DNA from: Kudoa neothunni
Taxonomy: Eukaryota > Animalia > Cnidaria
Length of the DNA: 64,000 bases
Reading direction: 5' to 3'
Assembly: GCA_964304625.1 (NCBI GenBank)
Contig: OZ199838.1
Location: 6,745,731 to 6,809,730, forward strand
Positions within the stretch are counted from its first letter, which is position 1; each line of letters begins with the position of its first letter. The translations under genes and the position numbers were made by a program. This document shows, piece after piece, positions 24,030 to 38,544 of the stretch. A model generated the notes under the pieces. It saw nothing but the letters and a program-made list of their open reading frames with translations. It made no database searches and had not been told where the DNA came from.

Positions 24030-25733
24030 CAGTATGCAACCGATAATACACACTTCCATCGATATGACGTAGTCAACGTTTATAATGAGTGAAACGTTTT
24101 ATAATATTTTTGTGATTGTAACAAGATAAAAGTCTTCAAAATATTCTTGAATTAAATTAGTAAATTTCCAATCTGTTATATCACGTGACTAATCGATAAA
24201 ACGCACTTTTTCGGCCAAACCGCGTAGATTAAATTGTTTTTATTGGGAACGAGGGGATATTTTAATTCTGACGATTGAATTTTCGAACGAATAGAAAGAG
24301 TTTTTTGAGACATCTATCAAAAAATGATTATTTCCATTAAAATGAAAATAGAATAAATTCTATTTTAAGACAATGTTAGCTGTCAATGAAAGAATGTTAT
24401 AGATGCACATAAGTCAAGATTTTAGGTTAAAATATAAAAAATTTTTCGTATTGCGCTAAAAATGAATAAGAAGTAAAGTTGTATTTATAATTTTTTAGAA
24501 TTGACCATTTTCTAAATTTTATCCCAGTATAAAAGGATAAAAATTATTTATCAGTTAATATGATTAAAACAAAAATTACAAATTATTTTTCAGCCAAATA
24601 GTCTTTGTAATGGTTTTTGTTATTTATTTGAATAAAAAGGTTAATACCAACACTGAAAAATAGAGAAAACACCAAAAATACCAATTGCGCACTCATTTTT
24701 AGTGCGTATTGTTGGTTGCAACGTTTGACCCTTTGTAGACGATCATCGGGGAGTCACGTAAACGTTGTACTAGGGTCCAAGAGCCCAGTCGGATTAGTTT
24801 GACCATTTTAGGGCTCAACAATCAGTCGGTTAACTCTCTTCAGGCTTTATTAACAAATCAAAGATTTCTTATTATTGAATATCATATTTTACACACTGAT
24901 TCAGGCAAATACACTTTAAACTAAAATAAGGTATTTTTAAAATTCGCTTAGACAAATTCATCGCTAATTGTAAAAAATACAAGTTCAGTATCAGATAACA
25001 TATCGAATACGAAAGTAAATATGATTCTAATGGATTTTTTTAATTTCTTTTTTACTCGCATATTATTTAAAGGAAAACTGGATAAACTCCAATTAGAATA
25101 AAAACTGAAAAATCACTATAAGATTTTCTATTCTTATTCCAACATCATAATCAATTTCTTATGATAATTGCTTGTTGTTTATATCTAATTGTAATTTTTT
25201 TACATTTTATTATAATTTGTAATTTATATTAATATAAATATCAGATAATTATGTATCAACAGTAAACGGTCTAATAAATAGAAACAGATACGTAACGGTT
25301 GAATCAAATGGAAATCTTCGGCAGATGCATTAAACTCTTCAAAAGTTTAATCCAATTCATCAGACGCAATGCTTTCAGTGTCAGATGTATAAAAATCACC
25401 GGAACCAATAAGATCTATCATTGTAAGAAGAAATCACATGTATGAGATTAATTGAGCATAAAACCAGAATTAAAGGATAAAACAATAAGCCACTTTAATT
25501 AAAACTCAACTTAAAATCAGGAGAAAAAAAGTTTTCATTAATAATATGAATCTTTAGAAAATATAATATAATGAATTTATATGAAATTCCGGTTTAAAAC
25601 GATGACTTATTCGAGGTTAAAACGTCAATTTAATGAGCGAGTGGTCTCATGGAGCCCATGATTATCTACAAGGGGTTAATGTGCACTTTATTTGATGGTC
25701 ATGAAGGGATAGCGTATTATCGGTTACCTGCTA
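24030..25733. mobile_element. Tc1/pogo MITE (same family as 62202-62848) interrupted by a piggyBac derivative
   Basis: TA|CAGTATGCAACCGATAATAC ... GTATTATCGGTTACCTGCTA|TA. 24030-~24450 is the reverse complement of ~62430-62848. Confidence 0.65.
24725..25679 (-). mobile_element. Internally deleted piggyBac-family element
   Basis: TTGA|CCCTTTGTAGACGATCAT ... ATGATTATCTACAAGGGG|TTAA. Acidic N-terminal transposase remnant (SDTESIASDE) on the - strand. Confidence 0.65.
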
Positions 25734-26462
25734 TATAAAAATACACCTAAATTCTGTTCTATGTGATTATTTAATTAGGAAATTTCAGGCTAATTGTAAC
25801 TTGTTTTAATGATACAAAATTTAGTGAAAGCTTTTTCTTTTACAGGGACCACATTGAATAATTTTTAGCAGATGTAAATTCATGATATTAACCCACTGTA
25901 AATATTTTGTGTAAAACAACGCGTATTTCATGAATTAACAGTATATTAAGATATGTACTTGACTGAAATCCCTCCAAATAAGAAATGTGGGAAATGTATC
26001 CAAATTCTGTCATTGGCCCATTATAATCTATATTTGTGTGCTCGAAGTTTATTACTTAATAACGTAATAAATTGCTTAAGCAGAAACTCTGTTTAAAAAT
26101 GGATAAAAAGTATTAAATCAATATTTTATTTTCATATTATTAAAAAAATTAAGCTCCAAAGAATCTGTCACAGAGATGATGTTTAAATATTGAAGCACTG
26201 AGCATATAAAAATAAAATTTCTATCTTAAAATATTCCAAATCACGTTATTCTCATTAATAAATAACAAGAAATAAAGTTTTATTATTAAGCAACATGAAC
26301 AAGCACTTTATTAATTTTTTGCCCTAAATTAACTAATTTAAAAATGAATTTTTGAAATTTTTATCAAATTATAAATTCTCACAAACCCCTGATTAGTATT
26401 CAGTTTAATAAAATATATTTTTTTGACTTTATTAATTAGATCTATTATTCAAGCATATAAAA

Positions 26463-27600
26463 AATTAGGGGGAACTGCCCAGCTTTGCTTGGGAGTATTA
26501 AGCACTGAAAAATTTCTTGATAACATTCCAAAAAGATATTAATATTTTAAATAACCTATAGATGCAGTCAAACTACAAAAAATTCAAGAATTATATTTTA
26601 ATGACTGGGAATATGAAATTTAAATTATGATCATTTCTTTGAAGGAGTGTACCAATCCCGGCGTTCATTTGAAAATTTCGTGTTATGGCACCAGCGCCAA
26701 TAATTTAAGGTCAATGACAGCATCGTACTTTTTTCATTCCCAATTATTTAAATCCCATTAGTGTTATCTAAAACGATATTTCTGGCCCGGCGCAGAGAGT
26801 TTGTGAACTACTGTCTACGGGAGATAAATAAATAGAAAAAGATATAGAGATAGAAGAAAATAAACGAAAATTTTTATTGCTCAAATTAATATGCTTTGGC
26901 CCCTCAAGAGCTTAACGCACTTTTTCCCATTAACAGCCACAAATCGCGTCAACTTCAACACATACAATTTTTATAATTAGTTGAAGTAAGAGTACAACCA
27001 CCGGCATTGAATTTAATCACTGAAAGCTCAACATAGCAGACGATTTCAATGAAACCAACGGACATGGTTCTTGTGTTATAAAGCTTCAGTCTATCTGATT
27101 ATAGAATTTCTTACCAAATCGCCATTAATGATGCGAACCTAGACTTTTTCTCATATTTTGGACCATTAATAGAACCTTCAAAAAGGTGTTTAGCAAGTCA
27201 AATACGTTAAAACTCCACAAATAAGGAGTACATTTGCACCAAACCCAAAATAGAAACGCCAACCTTATACATAAAGATAGATTGCATCGCTAAATTGACA
27301 TTTAATAGAGCATATAAGTAGGAAAGTTAACTTCGACCGACCATCACCATGACACGAGCCTGTGTTAATCCTATTGTTGAACTCAAGTAGTCTGATAAAC
27401 AAACTTTGAATCGTCAAAATCACTATTTTCTAAAAACTTTTAGGAACCTTTGATAGTGTGAAAACGATTTTAAGATTTGTTGAAACATTGAGATTTTTAA
27501 ATAATTTCATAAATGTCTCTCTATAAGGAAAAATTGTTGACGCACATGCGTACTTGCTGACACACACACGGACACCTCAACTTTATATATATAGTAGATA
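26463..27600 (+). mobile_element. Helentron/HINE-like non-autonomous element
   Basis: Head A(T)TAG..GCCCAGCTTTGCTTGGG and tail (AC)n-GGACAC..TTTATATATATAGTAGAT. 26463-26705 recurs inverted at ~48110-48350. Similar head and tail at 56528-57163. Confidence 0.45.
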
Positions 27601-29570
27601 CAGTTGAGATTAGGTATTGCGTAATGTTTAGGACTGCGAAAAATTACGCAATATCGATGCATGCGCATGCGCTGTTAAAAAACATACGTTATTTAAACTT
27701 GATTTGCTCATTTATCTTAGTTCTAGTCAATATTAATCAAGTGTCTTATATATAAGAAAATTATTTCAAGTCAAAAAGAACAAAAATGCCAATTTTTATG
27801 AACAAATGAAATAATTTTCAATTAATGTTTTTTAGATGATAATTTAAATATTTGATTCATTATTGGTGTGAGAATTAAGATTAAAGATGCAGCTTCTTGA
27901 ACAAATGCTTGTATTAATATACTTATTGCCTATCCAACATCTTTTATCGAAACTTTTGTTTGTACGTCATCAGATTCTATTTCACTTTGAATTGGGGTTT
28001 TGTGGTTGATGCAAGTTGTAATTTTTATCTCCACGATTAAGAATGATGCCGTCATTAAAGGTAGCCTTCTTTGTTTTTTTATCAATAATGAAAATGTTAA
28101 AAGTTTTGTTTTAATTTATAATTTTGTCCTTTTTACCATTTTTATCATCTCTTTCCGTTTCCCTGCGCTAACACATATGCAATTTTAAATGTTCGCGCTA
28201 GCTTTTATGTTCATAAACTATATTGGATTTGTTGAAATTTCCACAATAATTTTTGTTTTGATGCAGTTCCATGCTTTTGGAAGATAAAATTGCATCAAGT
28301 AAAATGTATTTTGAATTTGATGAATCATCAAATAATATCATAGGAGTACAAATTATTTTTTTTCTAATTTTAAAACAACGAAATCACCCCCAGTTGGATT
28401 TGTTCGGAAATAACTGCTGTATTTTTAGTTAAAAAATCTTTATATTGCCAAAACAAAAGATTGCTTTTCAATGTATTGGGCACTGGCTCAGCAAGATTAG
28501 CATTTTTATGTTCTTTGTCACCATTTTAGAATTGATCATGTTCAATGCCTGAAAAATATAGCCAAAATCATTGAGGAATTCTTTGGAGAACGATACTCAT
28601 AGGGTATTTTTTAACCTCCTTGAAGTGCCTAGGATTTCAGTATTTTCAAATTATTGATAATGGAAAATTTTCTCCACACAAAAAGTGTGATACCAAAATC
28701 ATTATGTTCTTTTTTATAACATTTATCCTCTATGTCACTTTCCTTCCTTTAATACGTAACTGCTGTTCTGTAATTTCTCATCAAACACGGCGATATCACT
28801 AATATTTATTATTTCTTTCGGGTTATAGGTGTTGATCAAATTTTTATTTTCATAAATCCACTAATTAATAGATGCAAGAATACTGCTCGCAACTTCACCA
28901 TGAAAATGTTTGAAAATGATTCCAAATTTTTTTCAAACTACGTTACACATCCTTTGCTTTCTTTAAAAGTTTGAACTTTATTCTTTTTCGCAATGATAAT
29001 AAATATTTAAGAATAAGTCTCCAGAAATAATGTGATCAGTCGTGCGATTTTTGATAGACTTTTGCACCTGTACCGATAAATCTTTTATTTAAATGCTTTT
29101 ACTATTTCCTGCAATGTCTGAATTTTTCAGCTTGACTTCATAAGAAGGAATTCTGTAAGCATTGAATATCATCGAATATATATATATATATATATATTCA
29201 GATATAACAAAAATAACCATACCATTAAGGATAAATTTTTCAACCGTCATTTTTATGGCACCTTTAATTGTTTTTATTGAGACTAAACACCGTATTATTC
29301 TAATTTTCTCTAAAGTATCACACTATTTCATCCATACATTGAAGATAAAATTACATAATATCGAGTCATATTGACTTTTCCGTTACGCAGTAAAAAGGTT
29401 TTACGCATTACTAAATCTAAGTCGGGGACACATTGAAAAAATATTTTTTTTTATTGTAAATTACTAATTCGCTAAATGAAATAATGATAATTACTTAAAA
29501 TTAATTTTCAATGTTATTATTTTCATAATGAAAATCTTAAGTACGCAATATCGAATCCCGATCTCGACTG
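27601..29570 (-). mobile_element. Degenerate pogo/Tigger element
   Basis: TA|CAGTTGAGATTAGGTATTGCGTAA ... TACGCAATATCGAATCCCGATCTCGACTG|TA. - strand remnants LILLSQCPIH (LLLDN..H) and QLGVI (QP.D.GII). Confidence 0.7.
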
Positions 29571-30206
29571 TAGTAGACAACCTCAACGTGCGCGCGCAAT
29601 TGTTACCTTTAATCGTGACATAGTTTTTTTATGTTTTCACATCTTATAATTCACTGAGAAATTAAATGGATTGATAACATAATTTAGTTTTTAAATCCAA
29701 TAAAAATTACAATCCTGGGTCGGCATATCAGTATATATGAAGTCGTGCGCATTTCCATTATTGTAATAATATCGATATAAAAATATATCCATGTTTTTAT
29801 TTATTTCATAAGCCCATATCTGCTTTATAGTGAAACTTGTTGCTAATAAACATGTATAAAATTGATCAACGCAGATTTAAAATAGGCCACTCCTCGATGC
29901 GCATGCACCTCACGGATTATATCAGAAAAAAGCGTGAAAAATAAGATTAGCTATTCCCGAAAAGCCCATTATTAATATCTTTTTCAATTTATTATTTAGA
30001 AAATATCCCCATTTTAACTTAATTTAATGATTTCGAAAACTGGGATTGTTTTAGTCTTCCACAATTTGCTTTTAGAAGATACACATGATCAATTCCCAAA
30101 TATAATAAAATTTTTCGCAAAATTTAACGAAAAACCAGGATAAATATGTCCGGTTATTGTGTATTTAGCTTGTGATTCCGATGTCCATCGAGGTTCCACC
30201 CGGAGA

Positions 30207-30871
30207 ATGGCAGACCGAGTTACTCAGCTACAAGAAGCTGTGAATGCGGTATTGTTTTCTAATAACAAACTTGTCATGATCGGTTACAGTTGGCTAGTGC
30301 ATTTTCTGATAGTATCGGAATGGTTCAAAATGAAATACAACGTGGCGCAGCGGCCGATGAAATTGATGGTTATTAATTGATAAACAAATTCAAATTTATA
30401 TTCATGTATAATTACATACTTTTGCTCCTTCTAGAATGCACTAAACAATACTCCAAAAATATATCAAATATTGTAAACGATATTAAGTTGTTAATAAAAT
30501 CGCTCCCCGATGATAACAAAAGTTTCCAAGTAAATTCAATCTGAGCCATATTTTTATTTCTGAATCTCCTCGATAAAGGAGGAAAGTATCGAGTATATAG
30601 AAGATAAAAAAGAAGCTCTTTATAGGGATCTCGAAGCGAACTACCCAGTCTACAGTAGTTGATACATTATTACAAATTTTGTTGGAATGACAAAATTACA
30701 TTTTTATCAACCACTCAAAAATATATTTTAAAATATAATTGTTGATTTGGGTTAATCAACAAATTTGTTGTTAATTGTTATTTAGAGAAAATTTTGAGGA
30801 GCACCAATGAAGCCATTAATGGGATGTCTGATATTTTGGTGAAAATCAAACACCCAAATGTACATATGTGA
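30207..30871 (+). CDS. MED21: Mediator subunit 21 (SRB7), 5 exons
   Basis: Spliced MADRVTQLQEAVNA|LASAFSDSIGMVQNE...ECTKQYSKNISNIVNDIKLLIKSLPDD...KILRSTNEAINGMSDILVKIKHPNVHM*. Matches MADRLTQLQDAVN..LA..F..AIG and DIDVLIDSLP. Confidence 0.92.
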
Positions 30872-31039
30872 CAGATTAGTAGTGTGTAGTAGAAATGTTT
30901 TTTGTCGTCAATTACTTTCGTGAAATTATTGAATTGTGTGTTTTTTTAAAGCGTCCATAATATGTGGTCATATTGCTAAGAAGTGTGATTCATTGGGTCA
31001 ATAGAGAATTGATTGTGAGTTGTCATTGGTTATAGGATA

Positions 31040-34000
31040 ATGCGACTTCATATCAAAATTATAATTTTGTGGACTTATTTTTATGCTACTGGCGTTCGAG
31101 TGGAGGATGACTTTGTCGAAGACACCAATACATCCGCCAATGAGATCTACGTTCTTCCACGGAATTTCTATCCTTTACATTATCATATAAAACTAGCGTT
31201 GATATCGGATGAATCCACCTATACTGGTGAAATCAGCGTCGAAATCGTTTGTAAAAATAATACCGATAAACTCATTATACACAGCTCCAATCTTGAGATT
31301 CTATCTTACAATATTGTTTATATCGTTAACAAAACAGAATCATCTTCAAAATTACACACTCAAGCAGTTGACATGAATTCTTCCACAAACTCTGACCCCT
31401 ATGCTCGATTTGTTCAGGTATATTTGATCATTTTGACAAATACTAGCTAATATTATATGATTTGGGGTCGATAATTATTGTAAACTTTACTTTGGAATAT
31501 TTACACTTTAGTAAATTATACCTAATGAGTCATAAAATCCCAATATTTTTTTGTTGCAATAGTAAAAATTTCAATTAATTTGAAATATTGTTTATTCTGA
31601 AAATAAGCATTGGGTGAACAAAATTTTGGTATTATAATAAAATTGTAGAGTATTACAAAAGACAAAAATCTTTATGTGGTGACAAGCAAACGCAATGAAA
31701 TCGATGACACTGGCATGGTCGATAGCACAGGTTCCAATTACTTTTATACCGGAGCCAGCGAAAATAGTAATGCTGAAGAGCCGCCATTTCTAACGGACGA
31801 ATCCCAAGAAATTTTAATATTTCCTTTGAGCAAGATGGTAAGCAGAGGAGAAAAATTGCGGTTGGAATTGAAATATAGAGGAAAATTCTCAAACACACTT
31901 GAAGGTTTGTATAAAGTCAGCTACCAGGGTGACAAAACTGGTCAGATAAAGTAATTTGTATTCAACGCTGACTACTTTAACATAGGCTTATAAATTTTAA
32001 TTTTCAACTATTAAAGATCTTAAATATGTTTTCGGTCTACTATGTTAACAATTTAATCTTAAGAACTATAATCACTACTCATTTCGAACCCATTGGCGCC
32101 AGAAGGGCTTTCCCGTGCTTCGATGAGCCAATTTATAAATCCAATTTTACGATCTCAATTGTTCATGACTCAAATAAAAAAGTTGTATCCAACTCCAAAT
32201 TACTTTCCACTATTATGGATGAAGATCATCCAAACCATGCTATCACTGAATTCTATCCAACAGTCAAAATGAGTTCTTACTTGATTGCATTTGCTGTTAT
32301 GGACTACGTGAACATGCAGCTGGAATTGCCTAACAATGTTACAGTATTTAACGTTTAGTTGAGAGCATATCTCTATGATATATTTGCTTCCAACATTTTC
32401 TACAATAAAAACTCATCTCATTGTGCCGTACTTTAGATTTCAATTTTTGCACCTTATATCTACAAAAACCAATTAGATTTGGCAGCCAATGTAACATCCA
32501 AAGTGATCCCATTTTATGAGAAATTTTTCGGGGAGCCGTACTCTTTAGACAAACTTGGTATTTTTATAAATATTTGTGTTTCGCTATAACTATTGGTTCC
32601 AGATCTAATCGCTATACCCGAATTTGTATCAGGAGCGATGGAAAATTGGGGTCTTATTACTTTCCGAAATATTTACATGTTGTATGATAAAAGTAGAAGT
32701 TCAGCTGATAACAGGAAACAAATAATAACTGTGATTTGTCACGAATTAGCACATCAAGTATATAAATTAATACCTCATTCATCAAAATATTATTAAAGAT
32801 TGTGTAAATAGTTATTATTTTATTATTACTAATAATTGAACATTCGGCTTATATTAAAATAGTATATGACTTTAAAATATTTAATAATAATATATATGTA
32901 CATACAGCTAATAATCAAATATATCAATAATTTAAAAACCTTTTTCTACGTTTACTGATAAATATATTTATTAATACATGAATTTATTGTCATATGTTAT
33001 TTTTGCTTGTGAATAATCAATCACATTAAACACTTTACCAGTGGTTTGGCAACTTGGTCACTATGAAATGGTGGGATGATATTTGGCTCAATGAAGGCTT
33101 TGCCAACTACATCGAGCTGATTGGAGCTAACTACTTTGATCCTTCATTAAACATTGTATATTTGTATTTATTGGATCTCATTAATATTAAATATCTAGCT
33201 GGATCACCAAATAATTGGCGGATGGAGTTCTGCTCTTGATATGGACTCCATGAACAACACACGAGCTATCCTTTCGACGGTATATTCTGCCACAACCATC
33301 GATGAAATGTTTGATGTTATATCTTATAGCAAGGTAGGCGATTATCTTCTTTTATGTTCTTTTATATTGGGTTTTAAAAATATGAGGGCACTTTTTAAAA
33401 TAAAACTGCATGATTGAATGGTTTCAATAATAAATTTTAGGGAGCCGCCATTCTAAGAATGCTGCATGCTTTTATGGGCGATGATGCTTTTATTTCAGGA
33501 ATCAAAGTAACGCTTACAGTTATTTTAGAGATTGGCACTTAGTATAATATCAACTTAGAGCTATATACAAAAATTCAAATACTCAAATGCAAACACTAGA
33601 GATTTATGGCTTGAGTTTAATCAGGTGAAGATATCTTATTGTTGACAAATTAATGACCATCTGCTTAAAGTTTTTCCCTAAAGCCAATATAAAGACCATT
33701 ATGGATTCGTGGATTGAACAAAAAGGATTTCCATTGATAACCGTCAAAACCGATGCCAACTCAATTAAAATATCACAACAGTCTTATTTGAAATCGAAGG
33801 CAAGTCTTCTCAACAAACGAAACGATATAAACCAATTAGAGTAGATAGAAATGACGATAACCCTCTAAATTTTAATCTGACTACTAGGTTTCTATGGTAC
33901 GTTCCAATAAATTATATCCACAGTGAATCTAAAGGAAATATCTCTACAGTACTTCTAACACCGGTTTCAGGTATTTCATATGAGAAGTTGATTGATAGTT

Positions 34001-35653
34001 GTATTTTCCTATTAGATACGGAAATAAATTTGAACCATGGAATTTCGTGGGTAAAACTCAATGCTGGAGTGACTGGCTTCTATGTGGTGAACTATGATCA
34101 AAAGGGTTGGGAAAACCTCATAAGACAACTTAAAACTAACCATACTGTAACTAAAGCAGAATCGATTTAGCTTTATTTTGTTAGGTGTTTAGCCCTGTGG
34201 ACAGAGCGGGTCTTATTCATGATGTTTATAAATTAGCTTGGTAATTAATTTGTTTATTATAATTTTTAAAAACTAATTATAAATGTTATTTTAAATACAC
34301 AAGTTAGTTATAATATTTATTATATATATTATGTAACTTAATATTTTTAGTGACGGGATTATATCTCCTAAGATTCTGCTTGAGCTGATTAGCTACATGT
34401 CGAAGGAAGATGATTATCTTCCCTGGACAACCCTTAGAAGTAAACATTATTGTCTCGTTGATATCACTGGAAAGAACGAAGTATCAATTTTATACAAAGT
34501 ATGCCTATGTTGTCTTTAGTTGGTTTTTCTGTCGATAAGCTAACTTCCCAATATAACACAAGTAAAAGAGTTAAACACATTAATTTAGATATACCTTTGG
34601 AACCTGCAAAAACACCTAGTTGACCTTGATATCCTCATACAGAGTAACGATACAAACAAATTGTATAAATTCATTAATGAATTGGAAATTGATGTTTTTA
34701 CAGATTGCAACAGTATGAAGTTGCCCTATTTGCACTCAAGTATGGTACCATTCCAATTCTTAAAAATACTGTGAATGAACTCTTCCAGTTCCTACTAGAA
34801 AAAAACTTGTATTACATAATAAACTAATGGAAGTTGATTATTAAAATATAGAACGGGCTTCAAGTATCCAGAGATAAGAACGTTATCACTTTTGTATGGA
34901 GTGGATCGTAAAAATAAAACACAATTCAGACTAATTTGGCAGTCTTATGTGGACAGTTTTAGTGATTACGATAAGAAATTCCTCATGAAAAATCTTGCAG
35001 CTTTCACCTCACCAGAAAACACTCTTATGTACCCCCTTAAATAGTCAAAATTTATCCTATGAGTTCATATAGCAATTTAAACAATGTATTCAATTTGGAT
35101 GTGGTCAAAATACAAGACACCTTACCATTCTTGCTCAGTGTATACAAAATGTGTTTCAACAAAAATATATGTTGGGATTACATTGAAAACAACTGGAAAA
35201 AACTCATCTCTAAGTAATAATTCTATTCTATTGTTAACAAAACTACATGTCATTATTTTACGGATGTTTTGATTCAAATATTCTCACATAAAATATAAAG
35301 ATTTCCAAAAGAAGCCCTAGTAGACTTCATATTAAGTATCGTTACTGCAACACAAGAAAAAGATATTATTCTACGAGTAATATACTAATCGAGCAGTTAC
35401 ATAATATTGCTTTATTGTATGGTATTAGATTCAAATTTTCCTGGCTAAACACTCTATCGAAAAGAATTCCTATGTTGGAAAGTTGATCGAGGAAAAAATA
35501 GCTATCAAAACTAACGATGAATTCACTAAATGGAAAAATAAAAGTTTCTGTGAAATCCTTGAGTGGATTTATCAACGAAAACACCAACCCCCTCCAATGA
35601 TACACCTAAATAAATGCTCAAAATACTTTGACTTAAACTTTCTTAATTTTTGA
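31040..35653 (+). CDS. M1-family zinc aminopeptidase (aminopeptidase N/ERAP-like), 20 exons
   Basis: Continuous spliced frame with [50 protein letters not shown]|WFGN, WLNEGFA, catalytic SYSK|[17 protein letters not shown] and an ERAP1-like C-terminus. N-terminal signal peptide. 19 GT-AG introns. Confidence 0.95.
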
Positions 35654-36333
35654 TATTTCCAATGCTCCATATTGATTATCCTCCAACATGATACTTTTAT
35701 TGTTGATAAATATTACCACGATGATTTTCTCTATCAATCCTTAAGTATTGTAATCGGCGATAATACCAAATTTTTCATTCTTCCATTTAAATGGTTACCA
35801 GTTAATATCATGATCTCGTTTAGTTTCTATCGCCAGATTAAGTTGGTTTTCTTCATTATGAGAGCTTTTGTATCGAATTTTATTTATTTTAAACTAATTA
35901 CATTATAATTGTTTTTATGATATTTTATTGAGTTAATCTATAAACATAAAATCATTTGTTTGTATGTCTCTAAGTACACATTTAAGACAAAATTTATTCC
36001 CCAAAATAAGACGTTTTCAACTTCAAAAAGTCCTGAATATTTAAAAATTAGTTTATTTATTATTTAAATATCGAATGTTATAAAAACATTTAAATATGGA
36101 AATTTTATAGCTTTTAAAAAGGTATTGACTATTCTCATGGTAACGAATATCTCTTCCGTTTAAAAGATATTTCAAATCTGATGGTGATGGTAACGTATGT
36201 AACTCCAGAAAAACACCATCTTTCGTGCGTTTTTTCTTTTACGATTATCAATAATAAATCAAACGAATACTTTGTGAAAATATTGAGCTCAAATAAATTA
36301 CTTCTAAATTTTTGCCTAACTCTTATTCGACTA

Positions 36334-38544
36334 CAGTCGGATACACGTGTAAACCACATCGTTTTCCAAAGAACACCGAAAAATAGCTATTTTTACTTAT
36401 TTCGCAAATTACCCCAAATTTCTATTTTATATTATTTTTAATAAACATGGTATTAAATTTTTCTGTATTCATTTATCACATAAAAATTGCGATAATGGAG
36501 CTTTTAAGTTTAGAGGGACGATGACTTGTTCAGTTAATTAATGATCATGATAGGTTATTTTACAAAGTAGTAACAAGGAGTTACCTTAAAGTTTCTACAA
36601 AAAGATGTTTTAATTGTTGGAGTTTTAATATCTTTACTTTAAAAAAGAACAGATTAAATGTAAGGAGACCAATAACAGAAACTTCGGGCTACGAGAGAAA
36701 TCACGTTGATTATTCCTTCACTTATAGCTGTAAAAATTACTTATCTTCTGCGGGGCAACAGCTTAAGATAGTTAAGGTGTAAAACTAGTGTTTTCCCTCT
36801 TGAAACGATACTGTTTCTCTAGTATGGCTTCCTTTAGTTCAATATACAAATTAACGATAGTAAAATTTATATTCATTTAGAAAATGATATATTAATATTT
36901 GTAAGAAGATTGGAACGAGTAAATCTTCATAAAACTGGCCATACTTCCAATACATTGCATAACATTTCAACTGTGCGTTAACAGTATGGTAGTTGTTGCA
37001 AATAATGATTTTGGCGTAACATACAGATTAAAATTATAAATTATTTCATTTAAAATCTTAGTAATATTCTATAACAATAATAAAACATTATTTTATTAAA
37101 ACGAATACTTTCGTCCCAAAAAATTAAATTTGTAATGTTTATTAATTACATTCTTTATGTCGTATTTAAAAATAAGTATAAAAATAATATACGGTTTATT
37201 ATTTCTAAAAGCTATCCAATTTAATATCTTCAGATAAATAAAATACGTATTGAAATATTTTTAATTAATGCTATTCTTCGATTTTATAACAAAAAATATC
37301 AATGTACTAATAAAAATTTATTAACTAAAATAAACAATTATGGATATTAATAAATGGTTTAAAAGTTAATTTGACCTTTAGAAATAATGATAGATAACAC
37401 ATTATTTCTTAATATTAGACAAGCTTATTTAGAAGGTTTATTACGCTAAATTTGGTATGTAAATATTAAGAAAATTTAAATAATGGGTATAATATACTAA
37501 TTAGGATAAAATAAGCAAATAATCAATTATTTTTTGATGTTTATTGCAAAACGATGTGGATTACACGTGTATCTAGGGCTTCGAAAAATCGAGGGTATAG
37601 GGATTATAATATAATTCGAAGAGATTAAGCCAATGTATTAACAAGATTGTGTGATTCGTTCAGAGTGAATTTTTGTAATCAATGTTAGGAAAAATTATCT
37701 TATCATAAAAGATTACGTTATATACTATTAGAATACCTATGGGATTCTATTAATACAAAATAATGACTTTTAATTATCAAGCATTAGAATCCTCAAGATA
37801 GTAGTTAATTACTTTATTATATATATAAACTGCTATTATCTCGAGGAAGATTACTGTTGTATTTTTGATCATAGTGTTATGAATAATAGTTGCAACAATC
37901 TTAACATATACTCACATTCATCTCAAAAAGAATTAACCTATAAACTGGAAATAAATCTTAAGTCGCGCACGCTCGGTTTCACGTGGAATTTCTGTTGTTG
38001 ATGAAAACATCAAAAAAATTGTTATTTCTCCATAATTTTAACAAATTCGAAGTTGTTAATTGTTCACGGATTTTTTATAATTGTATCTGTTTGTAATAAG
38101 TTTGGAAATGTTCAATCTTGACTTCGTATTTTAAAAACAGAACTTTCTGATTTATTCTATTCAAAATTAGAACGAAGATGTTTCGATTTAACTATGGCAT
38201 AACTTAATGTTGGTTTTAGTTTCTATATTTTTTTGCATAGTCTATTCATGATTGAAAAAATGTTATAACAATATTTGTTCCAAAATTCCAACATGAAAAT
38301 TTGTAATTTATTTTATTAAGTCATCTTTTTATTTATATTCATTAAGTAACTAAAAACAAAAATACTCAATAATTATTTTTTAATTAAATTAATTTAATGA
38401 GAGGTATTATCTATCAAAATGTTTGTAAAAACTAGTAACAACCACAAAACGTTGGAATCATTAAGCCCCTACCTCTATCCTTAATAATCCTCACTTCAAC
38501 ACATAATCACCCTCGTTTTTTAAAGGCCTACGTGTATCCGACTG
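36334..38544. mobile_element. Degenerate Tc1/pogo-type element
   Basis: TA|CAGTCGGATACACGT ... ACGTGTATCCGACTG|TA (15-bp perfect TIR). Confidence 0.7.
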
